64,000 nucleotides of DNA from Saccostrea cucullata (taxonomy: Eukaryota). How positions within the stretch are numbered: the stretch's first letter is position 1; every line of letters starts with the position of its first letter. The notes under the pieces are model-generated. The model saw only the letters and a program-made list of their open reading frames with translations. It was not told where the DNA came from and made no database searches. Positions 36,611-50,700 of this stretch are shown in pieces. Made by a program: the position numbers and the translations under genes. The stretch is from the NCBI RefSeq assembly GCF_032062105.1, contig NW_026930475.1, positions 248,001-312,000 on the forward strand, in the 5' to 3' direction.

Positions 36611-38712
36611 TATACAAAATTTCAGCTTTCATCGATAACAAGAAATTAGCAGCGTGAATACAACAGTGTTTCTTGATTTAGTCTCTTTTTGTGGCAAGAT
36701 TTGCAATAAAATTACAACTGTAGGAATAGCCTTTTGAAAGAATCTTTTAGAAATTTTCAATTTTAGTTACCATGGCAACATCATTCATCATAAAAACAAT
36801 TAATACCTTTAATATATATCTCAGAATATGTGTGCCAAGTTATATTGAAATCAAACCAAGACTGTAGGAGGCGTATCATTTCGAAAGCATTTTACAGAAA
36901 TATCTATTTTAAGAAACCATGGTAACCCCATTTACCAAAATCAAAAACTGATATACAAAATTATGTATTGTAGTGTAGTCTACTTATGTGCCAAGTTATA
37001 TCGAAATCAGACCAAAACTGTTAGGAGGAGTAACATTTTGAAAAATTGTTTACAGGAAGTCAGACAGAGGACGGACTCCTTACTATCCCATAAGCTCTTC
37101 TGATCTCAACAAAGCATTGTGCAAATTAATATTTATAAATTAACATAAAAAATAATAAATGATTATGAAGATCACCTTGATGAATGTTAAGAGTACATGT
37201 ATCTATGAAGTAAATCTCCCAGCAAAATTTTCTAGACAGAAAGCTCACGAGATAAAAAAAATTTTCGATGCTAGTTTGATTCAGGTAGATCATTCCTTTG
37301 GAATGAAACTGCTCCAAAAATCCAGAAATAACAACCAAAGTCTCTGATAATGTAAATCTCTAGTTGCACCATCCAAGTTGAATCACAACAGGCCATACTG
37401 TTGCAGTGCTTTTACGTGTATAACTATGGGTACATTACCCTGGTCTCTCATATAGAAAATGTAGATCCCAGATCTGAAGCAAGTCTGTTAGACTGCATCC
37501 CTATGTACATCATCCATGTAGCCTGGTCAAGCCCAGGCTAAGAATCTTTTGGGAATAAACCTGCCCCAAAATGCTCAAAGCTCAAAATTCTCATCTGGAA
37601 AATGCATCCAGCATCTGAAGAAAGTCTGTTAGTGTCCATCCCTTAATCCATGCAAGTTTGGTCAGTAGGGCTTATATACCTGTAGTTACTTGGGAACGAA
37701 CCTACGCTAAAAAAACTGAAACTGGAAGGAGACGCTAACGTGAATCATAAAATACTCTTTCTTTTTTTTTTACAGTAAGGGCTTTTTATTTGTTTAAAAT
37801 ACACATGTATTTACAATCACATTTAAAGGGGAACAAATACAAAACTACAAAGTTCAGTCTGAAGATCATTAACATATAACATGGACATGTATATAAAATG
37901 GTAAATAAATAACACATAATAATAATTATGTATGTACTCTATGTAAATACATTGATGTCAGCACCCAGATTCAGCTAATAAAAATAATGCCAAGAAAAAT
38001 GGACTGAAAATGATACTCTTGTCTGATAAAGTCTCTAAGCTCATGTGGCTTCTTATACTACAAACCTAATGCCTAAAATACATTTATTATCATTGATTCC
38101 ATTTATCATTGAATTTGTTCACATTTAATCATCCCAAATGATGTTTACGTATTCAAAACCTAATATTAGTTCATTTTTTATTCACATGTTTATATTCTCA
38201 GAGTTTATTCCATCTAAAAAATTTGAATAACAATGTCCCATTTTTAGAATAATGGATATGTGAATTAGCCTGCAAGTACATGTATTCTAAAAATTTGATC
38301 AACCTTTCAAATTAGTAGACACACAACCTCATAAATACATGTATAAAAGAAAGTATAAAACAGTCTCCTTAGGTGTACATGCACAATTTAAATATAATAG
38401 CTACAGAAAAAATCTCAATATTCAAAAAAATAAATAGATTATCAAATGTACAAATAAGATTTAACTATGTAATTTGTTGAATAAAAATACATTTATCCAC
38501 AATTTTTAAGATATTCAATACGACATACTTGTATCAAAACTGGATAAAATTTTGGCCTTGTGTTTCACAACTGAAACACAAAAAATATCTTATATTGATC
38601 TTGTGACTGAAAACATGAAGTCTACATCAAGGTAAAAAAAGACAATACTGGAATTGCACTGATAAGTAAGTTAAATACATTGTCACAATAAGTTACTGAT
38701 AAATATACACAG

Positions 38713-41700
38713 TTATACACTTGTTTCTTTCTTGCGTTTAAGCTTCCTTTGGTTTTGTAGCACCCACACATTGTGATCAAAGCAGGCCTCGTTTCCTGAC
38801 GAGGACGTGCTATCCTCATCCAGACTAGGGGAACCCCAGTCATTCTTGGCCTCCATTGGGGTTTGGTTGTTCAGCTTCTTTCTGACCCTCTCTGCATATT
38901 TATGATTCACATATGCATAAGGAACTGACTTGGCTTTACTAATACCCTTGTCCCACTCAAACTTTGTCCTTGGATTTCCCCGTGCTTGACGTGAGTTACC
39001 CCGGTGGTCATGTGACCTTCGGTGATGACGAGAGCTGCTCGGCTCCGAGTTATGATCTGAGTCGGGAGTTTTCTTGTAATTTATACCACTATCACTGTCA
39101 GGTGTATAAAGTTTACTCTGTTTTCCAACATTCATATTTGGACTCAAGTAAGTACCATTTTGTGATTGGTTTAGTTGACAAACAGGTGACCGACAATTGC
39201 TATTTTGGATTTGGTTCGACTGATGCATAGAAGATCGTGAGTTACTGTTTTGTGATTGATTCAGCTGATTTGTTGGTGAACGACACTGAATGATCATAAG
39301 AGGCTCCATATTTGGAACCCTCTGCTGTACTTCTTGAATAAAACTCTCCTTTTTCCGGAGATTTTTTGCACCAGCATCAGAACTATATCCACCAGAATGT
39401 GAACGAGCTCTCTGAGAACGCTGTGGTTCACACGTAATATGATCATCCACTGATCCATACTGTGTATATGTACAGCCTTCCTGAGTACTGAGGGGCCCAG
39501 GAGGGGGGTATATTAGATGAGGTTCACTGTGTAAACCTTGAACCCTTGGACTCTGACAACGAGAGTCACCCACTTGGCTCTGTCCATCAAAGTCACGTAT
39601 TCTTGACAGGGATCCATTTTTTATCAAATCATTGTAAGAGGGGGGTAACTGTGGGATGTTGCCATCTGAGGTCTTATGAGGTTTAGGTAAAGTGTTATTC
39701 CTGGGAGTCACAGGAGTGAAGGCACTTGGATGTGACCTTGACCCCAGAGAACATGAACTAGGTGACCTTGTATGTTGGGACACAGTGTGTGAATCACAAT
39801 AGGACACAGTGCTACAGCACGGGCTCGTAGCATTAACAGATCCTGATCCTCCAGTTATATTGGTCTTATTTGGTGGAACCATAGAGAACACTGGTGTGAG
39901 GTGCCCAGGCACTCCGCTGTGAGGGACCACCATAGCATTACTGAATGGTGGAGGAAGAGGTGATTTCCCATTCTGTGGATGGTTCAGTACTCCTTTAGAT
40001 TGAATCTGAATTTCAATACTAAGGTGAGATTTTCCATCACTAAGATTACCACTTGTCTGCTGACGATTATTGGCTTCCGATCCCGAAAAAGATGTGATAC
40101 TTCCATTGAATTCTTTGGTTGCGTCCCTGCTGATGTAACGGGAATTATGTCTCTGTTTTTCCCAAAACTTTTTAGCCACGCCATTTTGTCTTGGGTTATA
40201 GAATACTTTAATATTACTGTCATGAGCACCATTATTAACTGAATCTTCAATAAAAGAACTAGAATTGGCAGGGACTAGATTGATATTGGATTGCTTTACA
40301 CTGTCAGTGGGCATCTCATGTGTTATGTTGTATGATTTCACATCAGGATCTAAGTTTCCATTTTCCTGCATCACATGACCATTACTTAATGCACTGTGAT
40401 TGGCGGCTGCCTGGTAGTTTAAATCATACAAAGGATGTTTCTCACAAAGAAAAAATCTTTTCCAACTAGAACATGAATCCTTCCTTGACAAACAAAAATA
40501 GCACAACATAAATATTCCAAATATGGCACAGGTAAATCCATAGAGATAACTGAAAATTAACTCCTGCATAGGAATAATGAATTTAAAAGGTTCTGCCACA
40601 GCCACTGCCCCACAGACCCAGAATAAAATAAACAGAATTAAGATAGATATGACTGCATATAGCTGTGACTGAGGTCTCTTCTCCTGGTCAGCCACACTGG
40701 ACACCAGAGATTTAATCTCCGAGTCGTCCCCCAGAGAAGGCTCAATGTTACTCGGGTTGTTATTGGTCTGAGTGAGCGCCTCAATCTCGGTGTTGTTGTT
40801 GTCGCCATTCTGAGTAAGCTCGATATCATTGATATCCTCTGTCCGATTAGATTCATTCAGATTGTTTGTACTTCCTTGAATTACACATGAAATCCGCAGG
40901 AAGAACACAAGATTGAAGACCACCAGTAAAGCCACAGGGCCATAAAATGCTCCAAGACTGGGGTCCCAGGCAAGGAAGCAGCTGAAATTGTAACAAAAGT
41001 AAATTACAGTACATCAATTGGAAAAGCCCAAAGACAATATAATTCACCTACATGTAAGTATCATGAGAAGTAGAATGTGCTTGACAAATAACAATGATAT
41101 TGAATTATAATACAGTCAAACTTCGTTACCTCGAACCTCATGGGACTGAGAAAATACTTCAAGATATCCGAGGATTCGAGACATTGAAGGTAAAATACTT
41201 AAAGAATATGTGGTTGGGACTTCCAAATCACTTCCACATATCCATGGTATTTGAGATATTGGAGTTTGAGATACCAAAGTTCAACTGTAATTCTAAGATA
41301 ACGTATCGTTATTTTTCTAAGTACTCAAATATTGATTTAATTAATCAATGCCTGGACTTTTCAATAAGTACTCGAGTATTCAGTTGTATGAAGTACAATT
41401 CCTATGTCAGATACACTTACTATGAGGGCTCTGAGTAGTGATCCAGACTGACAGCAGCTGTGATGCCACAGATAATGGTAGGAACACCCCAGCCCAGCAG
41501 GTAAAACCGAATCATTGGTTTGGGGGGTAAAGGCATACCTGGCATATCTGGGGGTGGGGCGGGGGGTTTACTGGCCTTGGAAAATTTCTTCATCATATTG
41601 CTACAAAAGGAAACATCAATTTAGTAATTTGGTTCTGTGCAGAAATTTATCAGTAAATCAGCTTAAGTCTGTCATTAAGTGCTGTTCTTTTTCTTGTTAT

Positions 41701-44700
41701 TTAAGTTTGCAGATTATTTTAAGGGGTTTTATAAGTGAGATAATTTTCATGCATATGGCACGAAGAAAAGAACAATTCACCTCAGGCCCTTTATACGGTC
41801 ACTTTGTACAATGTTGAATACTTACAAGGAAGTGATTGTTATCCAGAAGATGGCACATAAAGTTAAATAATGCATGGAAATTCCAATGATCTGACATGCT
41901 AGTAGGTGATCTGTGCGTTTGACTCCCATGGTAAAGCCTATGATGAGCAGCAGGACACACACACTGATGTTGATCACAGAGTGCTTCATTTTGTTGGGCA
42001 CATTAATAAATCTAAAAGTAAAAATGTTTCTCTCTATAAAAAAATTATCAAATTTTGTATTCCATAATTAAAGCATCAAAAGCATTAAATCCAAGCATAA
42101 ATTGTATTTCAATACTAAAAGATTTTTTTCTTATATCAAAAATAATGAAAGTTCTGTTTTGAATAAAAAGAAAGAATTGCTTCAATTATTGGCCTATTCA
42201 TATGATTTGTAAACAATAAAGTGACAGTGACAACATGTGATACACATCAGCTGATAATGTATACCTGAAGCAGGACACGTAAGTGATGATGACAGCCATT
42301 AGACACAGGAGGCACACACAGCTTCCTACGTACACCGCTACATGCATCAGCTGGAACATCTTCAGAGAGAGGACCTCGGTCCCAGGGGAGGTCTGTAAAT
42401 ACAGGCACAAATTTCATACTGACATCTAAATGGCTCACAATGTACTGCTAATTACCAAACCTAATTATTTTAAAACTTTTTTATTCTACTTATAAGAAAT
42501 TTATACTAAATTTTCAAAGGACACTAAAAAGTGTAAGTTTTTTGAAATTCTGAATAAACTCTGCTTTCCTGTAAACAATGCATTTCATCTTTAAAATAAA
42601 ACAATACTGTGTACCTCAATCACAGCGAATATAGAGAGATGCTGACATTGGACAGTGGTGTAGTTCTTGACAATTCCTTTGATAGAACAGCCATCAGTCC
42701 TCCAGTCTCCTAACCCACCTGTTAAAACAAAGACTCTTTAAAAACATGCACAAAAAATCCTTTTTTTCCCACATTTTATTTCTTCCTCTAAATTTATGCA
42801 ATACCTTATATAAAAGAAGAAAGAAATTAAATATTTCTGAGAATTTTAACTCCTCTCCATTTTTAACCATCATCTCACCATTTTCCCAATATAAAGTTGC
42901 CTCTTCACTTCAATAAAAAAAGAGAAAGAAATCCCCTGAAATGCCTAAGTTCCAGTGCTGACACATAGAATGCTTTAGATTGTAATGTCTCAGACTTCAC
43001 CAATATTTCCAGTCAGTGATTTTAGTTAGTAGCCCCAGGAAGTCAACAAACACTTGTAGAAACCAAGTATTAATTCATATATCCTTCAGATATACATTTC
43101 AAATATTTTCAAATACTCTTACCTGCTTTTAAATGCTGAAGTATTTACATTGTCTATTAGTAGTTTTTCCCTCTCCCTTTAACCTAATGTTTATCTTATG
43201 TTTTGAATCATCCAAATACCCCTTAACGTTACTGACCCAAATTAATGTTTGGCTCACGTATCTAGCTTATAAACCAAAATCTCTGACAAGACTGTAGCTT
43301 CATTGATTTCTATTTAATAAATGAAAAAAAAACTGGGTGGATTTGGCAACACCAATATTAAAATGGAATTATGATCCCTGGTTTAGTCTACCCATGTACC
43401 CTTGTTCCAAGTTTTATTGAAATCAGACCAAGAAGTGGTTGAGAAAAAAAATAAACATTAAATTTTCAGCAACCATTGATATACTGGAAATTTAAATTTA
43501 AAGATGCAAAGAGCTATGTATTTATGTGCAGACTAATAGTGTATGAAATCAGATTATCAGTACAACTCTCAAATGAGTAGCATTTTCATTGAAATGTCTA
43601 TTTCAAGTCACCATATTATTGATGGTCAAAATCAACAACAGGCCACACTTTGGCCCTGCTGTTCTTTAACAGATTTTCCACTTTATAAATCCCTAATATG
43701 ATGATTTGAATAAAATTGGATCTACACTACAAGAGAATGCTCCTATATGACTATATATGGCTTTGCTCTTCTTGCTCTTTGAGAAGATTTTTTAAAATAA
43801 GTAAAAAATTTATATGTAAAACTGATCATTTAGCCCCATCCTATCCCACTTCAATATAATCATGTTTTACTGTGGTATGTTATTTTAAGTCTAATGTTTT
43901 CAGCTTATGCTATACATTACCATTAGCAGCAGCGTCCCAGTATACGGCTAGAAGATTTTCAGAAGTAGCCTTCACCTTGAAGGTCAAGGTTATTGGAGTT
44001 GACAGGTTGACCACCACAGGAGCTGTAAATAAAACACATATTCAAGTGCACTGAAGTCAAAGCAACCTTCCTCCTGTCTTATTGTAGCACTCGACTTAAA
44101 TGTTTGAACTATTCTATAGCTAAAAGTGATGATTGCTAAATTCTTCACCATTGATTTCTCACCGAATCAAACCCAAGAATTATAAACTTCACAATGAAAT
44201 AGAAACTACCTATAGCATAAAAGTAAACAGCATTACAATTACGGTAAAAAAAATGTTTGGAAGGGAAATACTTTTTTTTAGTGGGGGGGGGGGTGTTAAA
44301 AGAAAGATAAAAAAAGATGTTCCTAAACAGTGTCCATTAGACACTCATCTACGTCTCCAACAGGATCATGTCTGCTCATATGTCTTAAGGCCACCTTTTT
44401 GTTTATTAATTGTTTTCCAAAACTGCTGACTTAAAAGTCGACAAATTTAAAAATAAATAAAATTTCTGATGGGCATTTTTTTAAAAAACATTTTAAACAT
44501 TTTACGGTTACCGGTAAGTAAATACATAACTTTTAGTACATCAAAACTGGTCAAACTTTGTTATTATACAAGTATATAAGTAACACTATAGGTTCACAGA
44601 ACTTATAAAATAAATAAGAGCCAAAAATATTAAGTTTGCAATTCTAGCATGAATGAGAACAAGAGAATTATGGAGAATACAGAAAACAGCAGGAGTAGAG

Positions 44701-47700
44701 ATTCATAAAACTGGCATTGGGGATAAAAGTAAAGGAAGCAGTCGGTGCCGATGCTATAAAAATGAATTTTAAGACCACATAAACCTAATACACATGTAAA
44801 TAATTATAGTATGTTGCACATCTTACTGAATTGAACAAACATTCATCATATTTTGATTTATCAAGCTGTGAATTTATCAGAAATGATTATGTTCTATTGC
44901 ATCATAATTTATGATTTGAAAACATTGCACACTCAGAAAATGTCTTTTCTACTGCGTTACACTTGAGATAGTCCCAAAACTTGAATTAAAGATCAAGAAA
45001 AGACAAAATGAATAATACATGCATTAAGTGAATAATCAAATTGAAAAAGACAGAGACATGAACAAATCCTACAATAAATCACAAGAACTGAATCGTCTTA
45101 TCATAAATTAGACTTTTACAGGTCAGTGCAAAATCAGGAAAATACGAATGCCAATTTTCATCCAAGTTATTTTTCTATATTTCAAAATCTGTGTGGGATT
45201 TTTTTCTCTGAAAGGGGGTGGGGGTATCTAGTTCTAGTAAACGTAAAATTAATTTTGACCTAGAACTAGTGAGTGAATAATGCTAAACCAGATCAACTGT
45301 GGAAGTACCAAAATAAAATGTCTTTTATCCCATTGTGTGATTTCATTTATTCCTAATTTGTATCTTGTTTGTTTTCAAATTCTAATTAAATTTTCAACAG
45401 TGAAACAGTAATTTATCTGTTGAATAAAAGTAAAATATTACTGTAAAATCACGTATTTTCATGGGGTCAGATTTTCAAGGCTTGAGGAAAATCTTTTGGT
45501 TCGTGGGGATTTGATTTCATGGATCAAGAATTAATAATATAAGTACAGCAAAACTCGGTTATAACGAAGTCGCTGGGACCTTTGAAATTAGAAGAATTAC
45601 ACGCTTAGTATGGACTTTCAGTAAGGCGTGGCATTTAAGTTTGCAAGCTTCTGAAATTTACACAGCTTCCCTTCACTGTTGAAATATACACATGATAGAA
45701 ATGCGGCCGAATGTCAACTGGTGTAGTGAATAGCCAATTAAAAGTTCTCTCACGCCACAGAGGTGGCACATAAGTCGTCTCATCGTTATCAACAACAATT
45801 TTAAGTTCCTATGTAATTTCGTAACCAATGAGAATAACTAGTATTGCCATTACGTAGCGCCGAACAAACACGCCCTATTTTGATTTAAAGTCCAAAGATA
45901 GGGTAAAATACTCCTACTTCGCTATATCCGTAATTCGTTATAACCATATAAGAAATCCATTAAATTTATATAGCTGGGGATCCAAAATGACTTTGCTATA
46001 TCCGTGAATTTGCAATATCCGTGTTCGTACTAAACGAGTTTTACTGTACTTAGATATGTAACATTTTACATTTTGTGGTAGACTTAAATTTGTGGGTCTC
46101 ATCATACCTCAAAAACAATGAAAATTAAACCCCCTAAAGAAAATTTAGTGTGTCAGGCTGACTGATGGACAGTCAAACTAATCACTAACTGTTGCTCAGC
46201 AAGCAACAAAACTATGTATTCTAATTTCCCTATGTAAATGTTCCTCACAGACCAGTGCTAACCAAATTAAAATCACCAAAGACGCACAACAATGTGCATT
46301 CACCACTCACTCCACACCCAATTCACCTTAAACTCTTTCTCTGCCACCCTCCAAACCACACCCTTTCATCAGCCCCTCTTAATACTTACATAAATTTACG
46401 GACAAGATGGCAGACACCACCGAGACTGTCTTGGATCCGATCCGAGGGTCGTCATGTTGGAGGGTCAGGGAGGGGAACAGTTGGTCATTTCTGTACAGGA
46501 TGAACTGCAGTCTGGCCGTGGTGGAACTGTTCTGGACCACCGGGCCTTCTGATGTGTTGAAGAGAGTGGAAGGAAGATGAACTGTTCCTAGCAAGTTCTG
46601 CAAGAGAAAAATCCATGTAATTCCTATATAACATGACAAAAGCCTCACACTGAAAATTAAAACCATTTTTAACACCAATTTATGAATTATTCATAGAATG
46701 ATAAAAGTCCACCACATTTATTTCTATTTAATGCATTTATAATGGGCTGGACCAAGCACACTGAATTTTCTTCTTGAAGTTTTGTGTAGTACTATGTTCT
46801 CAATTTTAGAGTAACCTTCATATTTCAGGTCTTCAACAGGGTTAATGAATGCAAATTAATCTCATACCTGTTACAAGATAGAATTCAATTAATTTGACAT
46901 TAATATTTCTCTAGACTATGTAAGATTTTGATCTATGTCACTGTCATAACTATTGATATATAAACAATTATTAAAAAAATCACATAAAGGGATCACACAA
47001 ACTAGTCCTCAATCCCACTACAGAGACAAAGACGACCAGGCAGTTTGGTTTGATATTTGGAATTGGCCTTTGGTGAATGTATTACTATCACCCAGACATA
47101 AACATCCCAGTTAATCCATCTAAAATTACATAATATTTCCCATCATAACTTGAGTTAGACGATCAGATAAAATCCTCTTTAATGTGATATTACCTTGCCA
47201 AGGATCATACTTCAAATGCCAGATTTAAATAAAAGCATGAACGAAACAACCCGACTTAAATCTCTGTAACATCACGTCTGTCAGTCAGACATATAGCCAC
47301 AGAAATTATGTTAATCACAGAAACTTGTAAACCACTTGTTTGTGATACATGTACAATTTATACTGAAGGGGAGCATGAATGTTAGGTTCCTTGTTTTTAC
47401 TAAGGAAATGCAGGTTCTAAATCTTCAATTCAATAAAGCTAGATCTTACAATAACCCCCCCCCCCCCCCCCAGGATTTCAATCAGATCATCACATAGTTT
47501 ACTATATTCAGGTATATTCTAGATGCCAAGAAAACAAGGTTTTCCTGAAAACTATTTGGGTTAATGAGGTATAAACTACTATAACACTGAGAATGTGTGC
47601 AATATTTTATATGACAACTACCTTGCATACAAGCATTTGTATTAAATCTTGAACATCATGCAATGTTGTCTAGATGCTTACTGATTTAATCAATAACTTT

Positions 47701-50700
47701 ATCTAAATTGAGCAAAATTTGCTGCCAATAAACTATAATCTCATTTTGAATTGACATTTGAACTTGAATTAAGCTATACTGACATCTTTTCTGCATTTCC
47801 CCTCACCATCAGTATGAATGGGATTGCAAAATAAATATACACCTGTGTTATCTCATTACCCTCCTGCATGAGTAATGTCAGGCAATAATGGACAAATTGA
47901 ATCATTCAGTTTTTTAAGAACTTGTTGCTTTATATCCAACAAATGTAGTAAAACTGACATTCAATGGTATTGATACAATTTTCAATAAAGAATGTTTATT
48001 GCTACAATGCCTAATCCTATTGAAGACATGCATTCTGATCTGACACATTTATACTCCCTATATGTTTACCTTAAGACTGTACTCCTGACATATCCCTGTT
48101 GTTCTTTATTAATCAAAAAATCAGAAGATCAAACACAGACTGATCTTGTCCACAATTAACACACAACCAAGGAAAACTCCAGCACATCCTATCAAAATTC
48201 CCTGTTCCTCCTGGAATATACACCTCTATCTACAGCTCATTAGCTACCTAGCGTGATTTTCCTCCCATTTTCTTGCTGTCAAGCTGTTAATAAATCCTTT
48301 CACTGGGAACAAAAACACACCACCATAGCCAGCTACTGTTCCCGTCCATTATCTGGTGATAAATCTGAACCATGTACCCCCGTCAGGTAAAACGTCAAAC
48401 TCAAAGGCTCATTCACGCTTGGCTGATCACATTCTAAGTGAAAAGGCCAAACAAAATGTTTCCTATTCCTCTTTCTCCTGCCCCGTCATTCAACAACAAT
48501 TACTTAAATAATTACCATGTCATTTTTTCTTGGTCTCCTTCAATTCTGAGGTGAATTTCTATATGTGTACTAACTCTTGTGACAGTCACACACCCTAGGG
48601 GGGATTCATCAACAGAAGTTTGTCTATATCAGATATATCAGCTTGACAGAATTTTGTAGAATCACTTTCATTGATGAATATATAAATTAATTACATCTTA
48701 TTTAATTCATCTCTAGGTTCACAGTGTACTAGCATTTAGGCAAGGTAATTCATCTTTTAAATGCTATCTGATTCATCTTAAATCTCTTCCATTAGGTAGA
48801 AACATAAGGTATTGGCTATGGCATTGTTATTCTCAAACTGGAACCATATTTCTTCAGGCCATAACTGATTAAGAATTTTTTTGAAATGTCACACTTAAAT
48901 TTCCTTATTATCATTAATGAATTTTATACTGTAAATGTATATCACTTTTAATTTGTGAGAACTTTATTTTCCTGTAATATTACAAGTCTGTTTGCTAGCT
49001 CACAAAGATTTTATTCTCATAAATATTTAGATTAAATATATCGCAATTATACAAATTTCACAGCCTTTTTTCCTCACTTAATTGTAAATAAAACCTATCT
49101 CAGAAAAATAAGGTGCTGCACAAATATAGTGTTCTACAGAACTGGAATACAACATCTTGAAGTAAATAATTTTTATGAATCAGAAAAAGCACTCTGGTCA
49201 AATAGCCAGATAGTCGAACTGCAAACACTTGATAATGCAAAAGCTTGAAAAAAAAAAAAGCCAGGTAAAAACATGGTGACAAATTTAGCAATGTGTACAT
49301 CTTGAAAAAAAAGTCAGGTAAAAAATGGTGATATAGATCAGATGACGGTAGGTGAGAAGATGGGAGATAGATGAATATGAAAACTTTATATACCTAGTAA
49401 CTAATGGTGTGAATTAAATTTCACTAACACAACTCCATTATGAATCCTCAATTCAAACGAAAACACTCTCATCAAGGGCCATCCTTCCATTTGAAATTTT
49501 TGAATTTGTGAATCTTATTTGGGAAATTGAAATTGATAAACAACAAACCTCTTCTGCAATGGTTTTATTGATGTATCTGTGTTGACAGCTAAAAATCTGG
49601 GAATACGCCATACAGGTCACGCCCTGGAACTCTTCAATGTCCTGACTGATGGTTTCCATGACGATATTCTCAGTATAATCTGACACATTCACATGTTTGG
49701 GGATTTCTTCAACTGCACCAATTAACCTACAATAACAAGGACAAAATATCTTAACTACATATATTTCCCTATCAGATTTTTAATTCAAATTATGTTTGAT
49801 ATTCTGAATTTGTATGAGTGATCCCCCTCTATTTGATGTGTCTTGCCTGGAGCAGGTTTTGTCTTGGAGTTGAGCCTCATGTAATTTGGTACTGCCTTCC
49901 CTCATCAGAGTATTGACTAACCTCAGCATGACTGATACCTGTTATTACAGGGGAGGAAAATCAGATCTCAGAATACGGCCCAACAAAAGACAGCTTTAAA
50001 TTTACAGGTATTGTAGGCATTTCACAATTAAACAGTTGATGTCATCAAAAAGCACAATTCTTCCATAAGTAATTTATTTTGTGGACCTCACACTCCTACC
50101 TGATTCTTTTCTGGAAGGTTTTTGGCCAGATTTTCCACAATTTGTGCGGACAGAATCAAATGAGTCAAATCTTCCAAATTCTCTGGCACTGAAATGATTC
50201 TCATCAGATCATCTGCTATCCCTGTAAATTGCGACTGGTTCATATGCTTCTGAAATCAAAAACACAAATACATTGTGTTAATAGGAAATGAAAAGTCAAC
50301 CTGCTAAGAAAACACTGAGACTCAAAAGATTTGACTAGGCCTGCTGTTACACTGGGAATAATTATTTATACTACTGTGGAATCATGAAATTTGCATAGGT
50401 TTGGAGGAGTGTAGTTTTGTTTGCTCATATCTACCAAAAGAAAGATAACTCTTAATTTATTCTTCCCTATTTATTCATTTTATGTTGCGAATTCCTGGAT
50501 GCAGGGTACCCACAAATTCCACCATGAAATTTAATAATTCCACAGTACATGTATATATAAATATACTGATTGAAATATTATTGTCTAATTAAATTTATCT
50601 CTTTCAAAAGTATTTGCATTAGGAAAAATGATGTCATGCCTTAATGAACACTACTATTCCTATAACATCCTAACAATATGTCAGTAATATATATAGTATG

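Noticed and set aside
38964-40856. Antisense and alternate-frame ORFs over the large ADGRA exon (also those over myosin exons and at 50698-51279)
   Set aside because: Shadow ORFs of real coding exons with no independent protein features.
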